DNA from: Alphaproteobacteria bacterium
GTDB taxonomy: Bacteria; Pseudomonadota; Alphaproteobacteria; Rs-D84
Direction: 5' to 3'
Length of the DNA: 64,000 nt
Assembly: GCA_024402765.1 (NCBI GenBank)
Contig: JAKSTC010000003.1
Location: 16,112-80,111, forward strand
A program made the position numbers and the translations under genes. The first letter of the stretch is position 1. Each line of letters starts with the position of its first letter. A model generated the notes under the pieces. That model saw only the letters and a list, made by a program, of their open reading frames with translations, did not search any database and had not been told where the DNA came from. Below are positions 46,727-55,050 of this stretch, in pieces.

Positions 46727-46876
46727 ATGGCTACGCCAAGAAGTAAAACAAGTAAAGCACGCAGTGCACAACGTCGTTCTCATGATGCGATTGCAGTTAT
46801 GCCATGCAGTATATGTAAATCATGTGGCGAAAAGAAACGTCCACATCATGTTTGCCCTGCATGTGGTGCAAAATAA
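46727..46876 (+). CDS. rpmF: 50S ribosomal protein L32 (49 aa; below the ORF-track size cut-off)
   Basis: Hand translation: MATPRSKTSKARSAQRRSHDAIAVMPCSICKSCGEKKRPHHVCPACGAK. It has an L32 N-terminus and a C4 knuckle, AAAGGA upstream, and lies directly before plsX. Confidence 0.9.
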   Translation: MATPRSKTSKARSAQRRSHDAIAVMPCSICKSCGEKKRPHHVCPACGAK

Positions 46877-46940
46877 TAGAACTTTAAACAAACAGAATTA
46901 GGGCACCATTCGTGCCTTTCTGCTTTTATAAGGGATATTG

Positions 46941-48005
46941 ATGTCAACAAAAAAAATTATCGCAATAGACGCCTTTGGTGGTGATAATGGCCCGGTCGCT
47001 GTATTGGGGGGTATGAATCAGTTTTTGTATCAAAATGGTGAAGATAAGGTTTTCTTTCGTTTGTTTGGTGATGCAAAAAAATTAGGAAATTTATTGGCAA
47101 AATATCCACGTGTTATGCGTAACTGTGTTGTGATTGATGCGCCCGATGTTATAAAGGGAACCGACAAGATTCGTGATGTTATTCGTCATGCACAAAATAC
47201 ATCTATGTATATGGCGATTGATGATGTGCGATCTGGCAATTCCACAGCGGTGGTCAGTGCGGGCAATACCGGGGTTTTGATGTCATTATCTAAATTGGCA
47301 TTAAAGACTATTGATGGAATATCGCGTCCTGCGATTACAACAATGTTGCCGTCTGGGTTGGGTGATACGCGCGTTGTTGGACTTGATTTGGGCGCAAATG
47401 TTCAATGCAGTGCGGAAAATCTGTTTGATTTTGCAATTTTAGGCAGTGTGTATGCAGAGGTTATTGGTCACATGCCAAAGCCAAAGGTTGGTATTTTAAA
47501 TATTGGTGAAGAAAGCACCAAGGGTCGCGAAGCATTAAAACAATTAAACGAACTGTTAACAAAATATCGTGATAGTTTGCCATATGATTATATCGGATTT
47601 GTGGAGGGTAATGATGTTACCGCTGGTGTGGTCCAGGTTGTCGTTACAGACGGCTTTACAGGCAATGTTATGCTTAAAACGGTTGAAGGTACCGCAAAAT
47701 TAATAACGCGTGTTCTAAAGGCGAATTTAAAACAATCTATATTGGCTTTGATTGGTGCGTTTTTCTTGGTTCACGTTTTCAAGCGGTTGAAACATAAAAT
47801 TGATCCGCGTTCTTATGCGGGTGCGACATTTTTAGGATTAAAGGGTTTTGCGGTTAAAACCCATGGTAATAGTGATGCTCTGGCATTTGCGAATGCGATA
47901 AAATATGCCGCAGATTTATCAACGGCCAATTTAAATGATATAATTGCTGCACGTGCATCATCTATGGCGCAAATTCGTTCTGAATTACAGGATATAGCCG
48001 AATAA
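46941..48005 (+). CDS. plsX: Phosphate acyltransferase PlsX
   Basis: IAIDAFGGDNGP N-terminus and GFTGNVMLK motif. Confidence 0.93.
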   Translation: MSTKKIIAIDAFGGDNGPVAVLGGMNQFLYQNGEDKVFFRLFGDAKKLGNLLAKYPRVMRNCVVIDAPDVIKGTDKIRDVIRHAQNTSMYMAIDDVRSGNSTAVVSAGNTGVLMSLSKLALKTIDGISRPAITTMLPSGLGDTRVVGLDLGANVQCSAENLFDFAILGSVYAEVIGHMPKPKVGILNIGEESTKGREALKQLNELLTKYRDSLPYDYIGFVEGNDVTAGVVQVVVTDGFTGNVMLKTVEGTAKLITRVLKANLKQSILALIGAFFLVHVFKRLKHKIDPRSYAGATFLGLKGFAVKTHGNSDALAFANAIKYAADLSTANLNDIIAARASSMAQIRSELQDIAE

Positions 48006-48085
48006 TTTTTTAGGTATTTATACAAATAGAAATGCACCCATTTTGGGTGTATTATTTTTTTGTGTAAAACCAAAGGAGAGAACAC

Positions 48086-48217
48086 ATGACATGTGCAAAA
48101 TCAAAATTGTCAGATGCGGGCAAAAAAATAAAGAAAACCGCAAAAAAAGTAGAAAAGAAAATTGAAAAAGATGTAAAACTGTTGTCGCATTGTGGTTGTA
48201 TGCATCACGACAGATAA
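48086..48217 (+). CDS. Candidate small Lys-rich protein (43 aa) with a C-terminal Cys/His cluster
   Basis: AAAGGAGAG lies 6 nt before the ATG. Hand translation: MTCAKSKLSDAGKKIKKTAKKVEKKIEKDVKLLSHCGCMHHDR. A terminator follows. Confidence 0.4.
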   Translation: MTCAKSKLSDAGKKIKKTAKKVEKKIEKDVKLLSHCGCMHHDR

Positions 48218-48240
48218 AAAACATTTTTGCAATAAACAAT

Positions 48241-48274
48241 ACACAGGGAACGGTTGTCCCCTGTGTTTTGCTTT
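48241..48274. terminator. Terminator between convergent genes
   Basis: ACACAGGG, a 10-nt loop, CCCTGTGT, then TTTTGCTTT on the plus strand. Confidence 0.6.
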
Positions 48275-48299
48275 AACAACAACTTTTCAAGAAAGAAAT

Positions 48300-50273
48300 T
48301 TAGAACAATTTAAATTTATAATTCGTTCCAACGCGGAAAGATGCTTTTGTATCTTTACCGAATCCTAAACCAACACCGGCATTTGCAGACCAGTTGTCAG
48401 TAATACCCAACGCTGCGCCAAATGCGACCGCTGATTTAGAATTATAGTTACCGTAACCCGCACCGACAGACATTTCACCACGTTGAACATTGGCGACCGC
48501 GACCGATGACAATGCGACAGAACTCGCGATACCTGCAGACAAGTTTTCATCCAATTCATTAACCTTGGAATCCAAAGCATTGATCTCGTTACGCAATTTA
48601 GCATCAGCAGCTATCATATTCTGACTCAAATCATTAATAGCTTCTGTATTTGCACTAATAGCACCAGATAGTGTTAATTCATCACTGTATTTAGCACTAC
48701 CTGCCAAGTTATAAATGCTGTTTGCAACAGAACCTTCTTTTCCTACACCGCCATTCAATGTAACAATTGCATCTGCATTAGTTTTTACTTGTGCATCAAT
48801 TTTGTTATCAGCGTCTGCCAAAGTATCTGTTGCAGAATAGTAATTACCAGCAACACGAGTTCCTTCTACACCTGTAGCACGGTCAGTTTCAACTTTAACA
48901 GCATAAGCAACTGAACCTTCTGTTTCTGCATCACCCTTCAATATGGCGATAGCAGATGTATTAGTTGCAATCGCATCTGCATTAGTTTTTACTTGTGCAT
49001 CAATTTTGTTATCAGCGTCTGCCAAAGTATCTGTTGCAGAATAGTAATTACCAGCAACACGAGTTCCTTCTACACCTGTAGCACGGTCAGTTTCAACTTT
49101 AACAGCATAAGCAACTGAACCTTCTGTTTCTGCATCACCCTTCAATGTGTCGATAGCATTTGTGTTTGTTGCAATCTGTGCGACTTTCTCTAAATCAATA
49201 CCAGAATTTGCGGCTGCTAACTGTTCAGTAGACAAAGCATTCTGTTTACCCGCTAATGCTGCACCAATAGTTCCTTCACTATCACCTGTCAATGATGTAG
49301 TGATAGCATCGTTTGCACGAGTATCAATTGCACCTGCCAAAGAATTGTCATAGGTATTTTTAGCTGTTTGTGCAGCGGTGTAATTGTCAAAAGATGTCTT
49401 GGATGCTTGCCATGAACCAACGGACTGTCTGTATGATTCTATCGCGTTATTTACAGCAATTTGGTCGTCTTTATATGCTTGTATAGCATTATTATATTTC
49501 GTATTTGCATCGTTATAATTAGATAAAACATTACCATATGCAACTAAGGCCTCCTTATAAGCGGTAAGTGCAGCGTTACCGTTTACAACAAGAGAATCGG
49601 GAAAAGTGGAAGTATATTCCTGTGTTTCACTGTTGTAAGACACATAGTTAGCCAATGTTTTACCATCTTCTATGCCATCAAATGTATATTGAGTTAATGC
49701 AGGGGCGATATCTATATTTACTGACGAAGCTCCACCAGCATAATACGTTGGGTTAACTTCATAATCATAGCCAGTTTTGGTTAATACAGGGGATTCTACA
49801 ATGTCAGTGGACTGCAATGGTGTGGGTGTGGCGGTGCCGCCTGTTGCTGCGGTTTTTTCATAGCTATATGTAGTAACATCAACGGTTATAGCTGTTGGTG
49901 TTTCTGCTGCATTGTCAATATCGTAACCCAATTTATATTCACCCAATGTTGTGCTTCCTGTTGAAAGTTCTAATTCTTGTGCTGTTGCTAATGGTTTATC
50001 CCCAGGGTTAGTAACTTCGCTTGTCGCTTTTTCGCCGTCAGAAAAAGAATAGGTTTCGCTATTCCAATTACTTGGTGTATATGAACCATCGCAATATTCT
50101 GGGGCACTACCTTCTGCAATTTGTGTGGCTAAAGATAACGGTTCGGTTAATGTTGTGTCTGCAACTGCGTTCGAAACCACTGCAAATGTTGCAATACCAG
50201 CCAAGAAAGCATGTTTCAATACCGCGCGGTATTGAGCAGTCAATTCTTTAATTGTTGTTTTTGATTGTCTCAT
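48300..50273 (-). CDS. Trimeric autotransporter adhesin (YadA-type C-terminal anchor)
   Basis: The C-terminal ~75 aa (ALSSVAVANVQRGEMSVGAGYGNYNSKSAVAFGAALGITDNWSANAGVGLGFGKDTKASFRVGTNYKFKLF) form a YadA-like anchor. There are repetitive stalk motifs. Signal region: MRQSKTTIKELTAQYRAVLKHAFLAGIATFAVVSNAVA. ATG 50273 has AAGGA upstream. Confidence 0.88.
   Translation of the reverse strand: MRQSKTTIKELTAQYRAVLKHAFLAGIATFAVVSNAVADTTLTEPLSLATQIAEGSAPEYCDGSYTPSNWNSETYSFSDGEKATSEVTNPGDKPLATAQELELSTGSTTLGEYKLGYDIDNAAETPTAITVDVTTYSYEKTAATGGTATPTPLQSTDIVESPVLTKTGYDYEVNPTYYAGGASSVNIDIAPALTQYTFDGIEDGKTLANYVSYNSETQEYTSTFPDSLVVNGNAALTAYKEALVAYGNVLSNYNDANTKYNNAIQAYKDDQIAVNNAIESYRQSVGSWQASKTSFDNYTAAQTAKNTYDNSLAGAIDTRANDAITTSLTGDSEGTIGAALAGKQNALSTEQLAAANSGIDLEKVAQIATNTNAIDTLKGDAETEGSVAYAVKVETDRATGVEGTRVAGNYYSATDTLADADNKIDAQVKTNADAIATNTSAIAILKGDAETEGSVAYAVKVETDRATGVEGTRVAGNYYSATDTLADADNKIDAQVKTNADAIVTLNGGVGKEGSVANSIYNLAGSAKYSDELTLSGAISANTEAINDLSQNMIAADAKLRNEINALDSKVNELDENLSAGIASSVALSSVAVANVQRGEMSVGAGYGNYNSKSAVAFGAALGITDNWSANAGVGLGFGKDTKASFRVGTNYKFKLF
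48769..49146. repeat. Tandem duplication inside the adhesin stalk (period 204 bp, 174 bp identical)
   Basis: 48769-48942 is identical by eye to 48973-49146. At protein level this is a duplicated 68-aa unit (LKGDAETEGSVAYAVKVETDRATGVEGTRVAGNYYSATDTLADADNKIDAQVKTNADAI). Confidence 0.9.
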
Positions 50274-50346
50274 TTTTTTTCCTTTTGTTTTGGTTAACCA
50301 AAGAAGGCTATGAAATTCATTCCCCTCTTGTAAAAAAAAACGGTAC

Positions 50347-50372
50347 AAAAACCTAGGTTAAAATGTTACCAC
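50347..50372. repeat. Inverted repeat, left copy (candidate recombinase site)
   Basis: AAAAACCTAGGTTAAAATGTTACCAC; contains the perfect palindrome AACCTAGGTT. Confidence 0.8.
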
Positions 50373-50393
50373 CCCAAAATATTTTATTGTCAA
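50363..50393 (-). promoter_or_regulatory. Promoter-like element inside the repeat-bracketed segment, pointing toward the adhesin gene
   Basis: Minus strand reads TTGACA (50393-50388), a 19-nt spacer, then TGG-TAACAT (an extended -10-like element). The spacer length is suboptimal. Confidence 0.3.
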
Positions 50394-50466
50394 CAACCAA
50401 TCTGCTATAACACACAGAATTCTGCGGTTTTTTATGATTTGCAAAAAATGAAATTTTTTGAAAAAA

Positions 50467-50492
50467 GTGGTTGACTTTTAACCTAGGTTTTT
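50467..50492. repeat. Inverted repeat, right copy
   Basis: GTGGTTGACTTTTAACCTAGGTTTTT. Its reverse complement matches the left copy at 17/17 core positions and 22/26 overall. Confidence 0.8.
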
Positions 50493-50520
50493 TTTCCACC
50501 ACTTTGTATTTAGAAAAACA

Positions 50521-50549
50521 TTGATTTTTTATTGCTTTTCTGGTATAAT
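50521..50549 (+). promoter_or_regulatory. Promoter candidate for the recombinase gene
   Basis: TTGATT, 17-nt spacer, TATAAT, with TGG immediately upstream of the -10. Confidence 0.5.
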
Positions 50550-50658
50550 CACCAAATGTGCATGCAATTAATTTTGCGTGCTTTTTTTGTGCAAATTTGT
50601 TAGCCATTTTTTTACATAATAAAAAGATAGAAAATATCAGAAATCAAAGGAGTATAGT

Positions 50659-51261
50659 ATGATTTATGGTTATTGTCGCGTATCAACAGCACACCAACAT
50701 GAAGAAAATCAGCACTTTGTTATCGAAAAATTCGCAAATAAAAATGATATAAAAATTGATGAATGGGTCGAAGAAAAAATTTCAAGTAGTAAAAAATTAT
50801 CTGATCGAAAATTAAGCATAATTTTAGCAAAATTAAAACCTGGCGATATTTTAATTACTACGGAAATATCACGTCTGGGCCGCAGTTTGCTGGAGGTTAT
50901 GTCAATATTACAAATGTGCCTCGAAAAAGAATGTCAGGTATGGACATTAAAAGAAAATTTTAGGCTGGGCGCCGATATTCAATCCAAGGTGTTGGCATTT
51001 GCGTTCGGGCTTTCTGCGGAATTGTCTAAAAGTTTGCTGCAGGAACGGGTGCGGGAAAGTTTGGCACGCAGACGTGCATCGGGTAAAAGGTTAGGGCGAC
51101 CACGTGGCGCAAAATCTAAAACATTAAAATTAGGAAAAAATAAAAAAAAGGTTAAGGGTTTGATTGGCAAAGGCATTAGTAAAAATCAAATCTGCAAAAT
51201 AATGAATGTAAGTAAAAAAACTTTGACTGCCTTTATACAACAGGAAACAGTGGGGCTTTAA
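50659..51261 (+). CDS. Small serine recombinase (resolvase/invertase family)
   Basis: MIYGYCRVSTAHQ (catalytic Ser), ISRLGRS, a Gly/Arg-rich linker (RLGRPRGAKS) and a C-terminal HTH (GISKNQICKIMNVSKKTL). 200 aa. AAAGGAG RBS. Confidence 0.88.
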   Translation: MIYGYCRVSTAHQHEENQHFVIEKFANKNDIKIDEWVEEKISSSKKLSDRKLSIILAKLKPGDILITTEISRLGRSLLEVMSILQMCLEKECQVWTLKENFRLGADIQSKVLAFAFGLSAELSKSLLQERVRESLARRRASGKRLGRPRGAKSKTLKLGKNKKKVKGLIGKGISKNQICKIMNVSKKTLTAFIQQETVGL

Positions 51262-51274
51262 GACCGCAAATTTA

Positions 51275-51303
51275 TTGATTTTTTGTAATTTTTGGTTTAT
51301 AAT
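51275..51303 (+). promoter_or_regulatory. Promoter candidate for ihfA
   Basis: TTGATT, 17-nt spacer, TATAAT. Confidence 0.5.
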
Positions 51304-51323
51304 TAGGCATATAAGAGTGTAAA

Positions 51324-51608
51324 ATGGCGACAATAACAAGAAATGATTTTGCTAATAATTTGCGTGAACGTTTTGGGTTGACTATGGCGGACGCATATAA
51401 ATTAATAGATATTATTTTTGAAGAAATTTCAGAATCCCTGTCGCGCGAAGAAGAAGTGAAGTTCGCAGGTTTGGGAACTTTTAAAATTTTAACAAAATCT
51501 GCACGTATTGGACGCAACCCAAAAACAGGTGCGTCTGCGATAATTTCTGCACGTCGTGTGGCGGCATTTCGTCCATCGGCTGAATTTCGTGCGCGTGTGG
51601 CAAAATAA
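51324..51608 (+). CDS. ihfA: Integration host factor alpha-like (HU/IHF family) DNA-bending protein
   Basis: GLGTFKILTKSARIGRNPKTGASAIISARRVAAFRPSAEFR. The RRV..FRP arm is the IHF-alpha pattern. Confidence 0.7.
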   Translation: MATITRNDFANNLRERFGLTMADAYKLIDIIFEEISESLSREEEVKFAGLGTFKILTKSARIGRNPKTGASAIISARRVAAFRPSAEFRARVAK

Positions 51609-51621
51609 AAAGGATGACAAA

Positions 51622-51894
51622 ATGGCAAAAGAACAAAATCAAAATGTGTATCAACGCACAATTTGGGACGAATTAGAAGATGGGTACAAAGAAAAATTGG
51701 CTGCGGCAGAAAAGCAAATCAAAGATGCAGAAAAACAAGTTGCAAGTGATGAAACTGCGTTGAATAATAATCGCGTTCCAAAAAATGAACTGCCTGAACT
51801 GCAAAATGATTTGCGTGAATCACAAAAGGCATTAAGTGAGGCCGAAAAGCAAAGAGATATGATATTAACTGAATTACAAGATTTAGAAAAATAA
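51622..51894 (+). CDS. Hypothetical coiled-coil protein (90 aa)
   Basis: ATG 51622 is preceded by AAAGGA. The sequence is heptad-rich and Lys/Glu/Gln-rich. Confidence 0.5.
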   Translation: MAKEQNQNVYQRTIWDELEDGYKEKLAAAEKQIKDAEKQVASDETALNNNRVPKNELPELQNDLRESQKALSEAEKQRDMILTELQDLEK

Positions 51895-51896
51895 AA

Positions 51897-51920
51897 AACC
51901 GCCGTTAAAGGCGGTTTTTG
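51897..51920. terminator. Bidirectional terminator
   Basis: AACCGCC-GTTAAA-GGCGGTT flanked by A6 and T5. Confidence 0.8.
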
Positions 51921-51921
51921 T

Positions 51922-53904
51922 TTACCATATTTTTACACGTTTATCGGGCGCAATATACATTTTATTTTCTGGTTTAACATCAAACGCATCATACCATGCA
52001 TCTATGTGTGGTAAAATTCCGTTTACACGCCAACGCGATAGGGAATGTGGGTCTGTTTTTGTCCTGCGCAGAATTTCTGAATCGCGAATATTGCCCGCTT
52101 CGGTCATTGCGTATGCGATAAAGAATCTTTGTTCCGGGCTTAGACCATCAATCGTTTCTGATGGTGTTGCAAAATTTTTATATGCGGTATAGGAAACGGT
52201 TACACCACCATAGTCTGCTAAATTTTCACCCAATGTAAATTCACCATTTGCATGTGTGTCGGGCGCAACAAGGATATTATTAAAGAAATCACGCATAACA
52301 TTGGAACGCGTTGTAAATGATTCGGCGTCGCCCGTGGTCCACCAATCGCGCAGGTTGCCATCTTTATCAAACTGGCGCCCTTGGTCATCAAAACCATGTG
52401 TCATTTCGTGGCCAATCACAGAACCAATCGCACCATAATTAAACGCATCGTCTGCATCCATATCAAAGAACGGATATTGCAAAATGCCCGCAGGAAAACA
52501 AACTTCGTTCGTTGATGGATCGTAATATGCGTTAACTTCGTGTGCGTTCATGTACCAAATTGTTGGGTCTTTTCCCTGGCCGATTTTATCCAACCAAAAT
52601 CTATCTTCGAATGCACCAACGCGCATCATATTTTCGAACAACGAATCGTTTTTTATTTCCAGTTTTGAATAATCGCGCCATTTGTCTGGATAACCAATTT
52701 TTGCCTTGAAAGTGTTTAATTTTTCCAATGCTTGTTTTTTAGTTGCGTTCGACATCCATTCCAGATTTTCAATTCGCATACCCAACGCAGACTGTAAATT
52801 TTTAACCAAATTTTGCATGCGCTCTTTGGCAGCGGCAGAAAAATATTTTTCGACATACAGATGGCCAATTTCTTCGCCCAATGAATCATCTATCATCGCA
52901 ACCGCGCGTTTCCAACGGGGCTTTTTTTCAGTCTGTCCTGACATAGTGCGATTATAAAAATCAAATGCTATATCATATGTTGTATCATCCAACAGACCCG
53001 ATGCAGTATTAACAATTCTGTATTTCAAATATGTTTTGATTAAACCCAGGTCAGTATCGTTTATAATTGCGATTGATTCAGAAATTGCCTCTGGCTGATT
53101 TACATTTATATATTCAGGGTTAATACCACGTGCATCAAAATATGCCGCCCAATCAAAATTCGGAAATTCTGCACGCAGTTGTGTTATTGGCATTTTGTGA
53201 TAGTTCGCATGCGGGTCACGTAATTTTTCCTTGGTATAAAAAGATTTCGCCATACGTTCTTCGAATTTATAAAGTTTTTCCACATCAACATTGATGCCAA
53301 AATTTGCCATTTGTTTTTCAATGTATTCGCGATATTTTTTTCTGATTTCTACAGATTTTTCATCCGTATCAAAATAATAGTCGCGCGATAAACCCGTTCC
53401 AGATTGACCAATGTTGTATAAATAATGTTCGCTATCCATTTCGTCCAGACCAACACCATCGCCCCAAAATGCAGATGAATATGTGTGTGCCCGTCCCAGG
53501 TATTTTGCAATATCATCGCGTGATTTAATTTCATCTATTTCATCAATGTATTTTTGGACAGGTGATGTTTTTTCGGCATTTAATTTTTTTTCGTCCATTG
53601 CGATATCATACAATTTGCCGATTTTACCATTGTCTGATTCTGCGATTTTTCTGACGCGTTCCAGGTTGGTGTTTGCCAACACATCAAAAGAGCCATATCT
53701 GACATAATCATTTGGAATTGGATTTTTCGCGCGCCAACCACCCGTTGCATAATCGTAAAAATCATTTCCTGCCAACGCGGTTGTATCCATATTTTTTGTA
53801 TCAATTCCAATGTTCATTTTTTTCTCCTGTAATAAAAATGTTGCTGTGATTGCAGATATTGCCACCGCGACAACGCCAATTAAGTTTAATAATTTGTTTT
53901 CCAT
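51922..53904 (-). CDS. pepO: M13-family zinc metallopeptidase (PepO / endothelin-converting enzyme-like)
   Basis: VIGHEMTHGFDDQG (HExxH), the NAYY motif and ENLADYGG. N-terminal signal/anchor. Confidence 0.88.
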   Translation of the reverse strand: MENKLLNLIGVVAVAISAITATFLLQEKKMNIGIDTKNMDTTALAGNDFYDYATGGWRAKNPIPNDYVRYGSFDVLANTNLERVRKIAESDNGKIGKLYDIAMDEKKLNAEKTSPVQKYIDEIDEIKSRDDIAKYLGRAHTYSSAFWGDGVGLDEMDSEHYLYNIGQSGTGLSRDYYFDTDEKSVEIRKKYREYIEKQMANFGINVDVEKLYKFEERMAKSFYTKEKLRDPHANYHKMPITQLRAEFPNFDWAAYFDARGINPEYINVNQPEAISESIAIINDTDLGLIKTYLKYRIVNTASGLLDDTTYDIAFDFYNRTMSGQTEKKPRWKRAVAMIDDSLGEEIGHLYVEKYFSAAAKERMQNLVKNLQSALGMRIENLEWMSNATKKQALEKLNTFKAKIGYPDKWRDYSKLEIKNDSLFENMMRVGAFEDRFWLDKIGQGKDPTIWYMNAHEVNAYYDPSTNEVCFPAGILQYPFFDMDADDAFNYGAIGSVIGHEMTHGFDDQGRQFDKDGNLRDWWTTGDAESFTTRSNVMRDFFNNILVAPDTHANGEFTLGENLADYGGVTVSYTAYKNFATPSETIDGLSPEQRFFIAYAMTEAGNIRDSEILRRTKTDPHSLSRWRVNGILPHIDAWYDAFDVKPENKMYIAPDKRVKIW

Positions 53905-53905
53905 T

Positions 53906-54961
53906 TTACTTTACCAATTCTAGTAACAAACTATCCAAAACCAACATACCTTTATCGGTTAATGAAAGTCTGTCGTTGTTAATGTTAATAAGATAAGGAT
54001 TTTGTTTCACAAAGTCCATAGAAATTATATCAACAACATCATCTGATAATAATACGCCACGTGTTGTGCGCAGACCAGTTAAAATTTTTTCTGTGGCGCG
54101 TGTTTTTGTGTCTATTGGTGTTAATTTTATTTCACCGCCTGTTTGTTCATACCATTTGTTGTCAAAATATGGACGACCCGCCGCACCAACACCCAGACCA
54201 ATATAGGCACCACCATCCCAAATGTTTTCGTTGTGTCGGCATGTGTGGTTGGGGGCGGCATAATTAGAAACCTCATACCGATTCAAATTAAGTGTTTCAC
54301 CAATCGCAATATACATGTCTGCCATCGTATTATTTGACGGCATATTCAAATTCATTTTTCCAAATGGTGTTGTGGGTTCTATTGTTAATTCATACATTGA
54401 TACATGATGCAGCCCCAGGGTATTTATTCTTTTACACATTTGTATAACATCGTCTGTCGTTTGATTGGGCAACCCATATATAAAATCAGCATTTAATTTT
54501 ATGTTTTTCTTTTTTGCAATATCTAATAAGTTCAATGCGGTTTGGACATCATGTCTGCGCCCCATAAATTTTAATGTGTCATCATTTAAAGATTGAACAC
54601 CAACAGACAACCTGTTCATGCCACATGCGATAAAGTCATCTAACTTTTGTTCATTAATTGTTCCAGGGTTTGATTCAAGTGTAATTTCGCAATTAGGCAA
54701 TATATTAAATTTTTCAGAAATATGATTAATAATTTTATTGAATACAGAAACAGGAATTAATGATGGGGTCCCACCACCAAAAAAAATGGTTGGAACATTT
54801 ATGCGCCCTAATTTATCTGCCCAATAATCTATTTCGTCACAAATGCCAACTGTATAAGATTCCCAATCGGGTGCAATATCTGCACGCGAAAAAAAAGCAC
54901 AGTAATTACATTTTGAAATACAAAAAGGAACATGTATATAAATATTGTGTTCAATAGCCAT
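53906..54961 (-). CDS. hemW: Radical SAM heme chaperone HemW (HemN-like, coproporphyrinogen III oxidase family)
   Basis: YIHVPFCISKCNYCAF (CxxxCxxC) and GGGTPS. Confidence 0.85.
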   Translation of the reverse strand: MAIEHNIYIHVPFCISKCNYCAFFSRADIAPDWESYTVGICDEIDYWADKLGRINVPTIFFGGGTPSLIPVSVFNKIINHISEKFNILPNCEITLESNPGTINEQKLDDFIACGMNRLSVGVQSLNDDTLKFMGRRHDVQTALNLLDIAKKKNIKLNADFIYGLPNQTTDDVIQMCKRINTLGLHHVSMYELTIEPTTPFGKMNLNMPSNNTMADMYIAIGETLNLNRYEVSNYAAPNHTCRHNENIWDGGAYIGLGVGAAGRPYFDNKWYEQTGGEIKLTPIDTKTRATEKILTGLRTTRGVLLSDDVVDIISMDFVKQNPYLININNDRLSLTDKGMLVLDSLLLELVK

Positions 54962-55004
54962 AATGCCAATAATACCCCCCGATATAAAAAAATCAAATTA
55001 CAAA

Positions 55005-55034
55005 TTGCTTTTATTTGCCGAAATGTGTTATAAT
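55005..55034 (+). promoter_or_regulatory. Promoter candidate for the outer-membrane protein gene
   Basis: TTGCTT, 18-nt spacer, TGTTATAAT (extended -10). The spacer contains TATTTGCCGAAATGTG. Confidence 0.45.
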
Positions 55035-55050
55035 GTAAAAAAGAAATAGG

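Noticed and set aside
50353-50607. 84-aa minus-strand ORF in the adhesin-recombinase spacer
   Set aside because: It runs through both inverted repeats and the recombinase promoter. It has no RBS and a low-complexity, Lys-rich product. The region is better explained as regulatory DNA.
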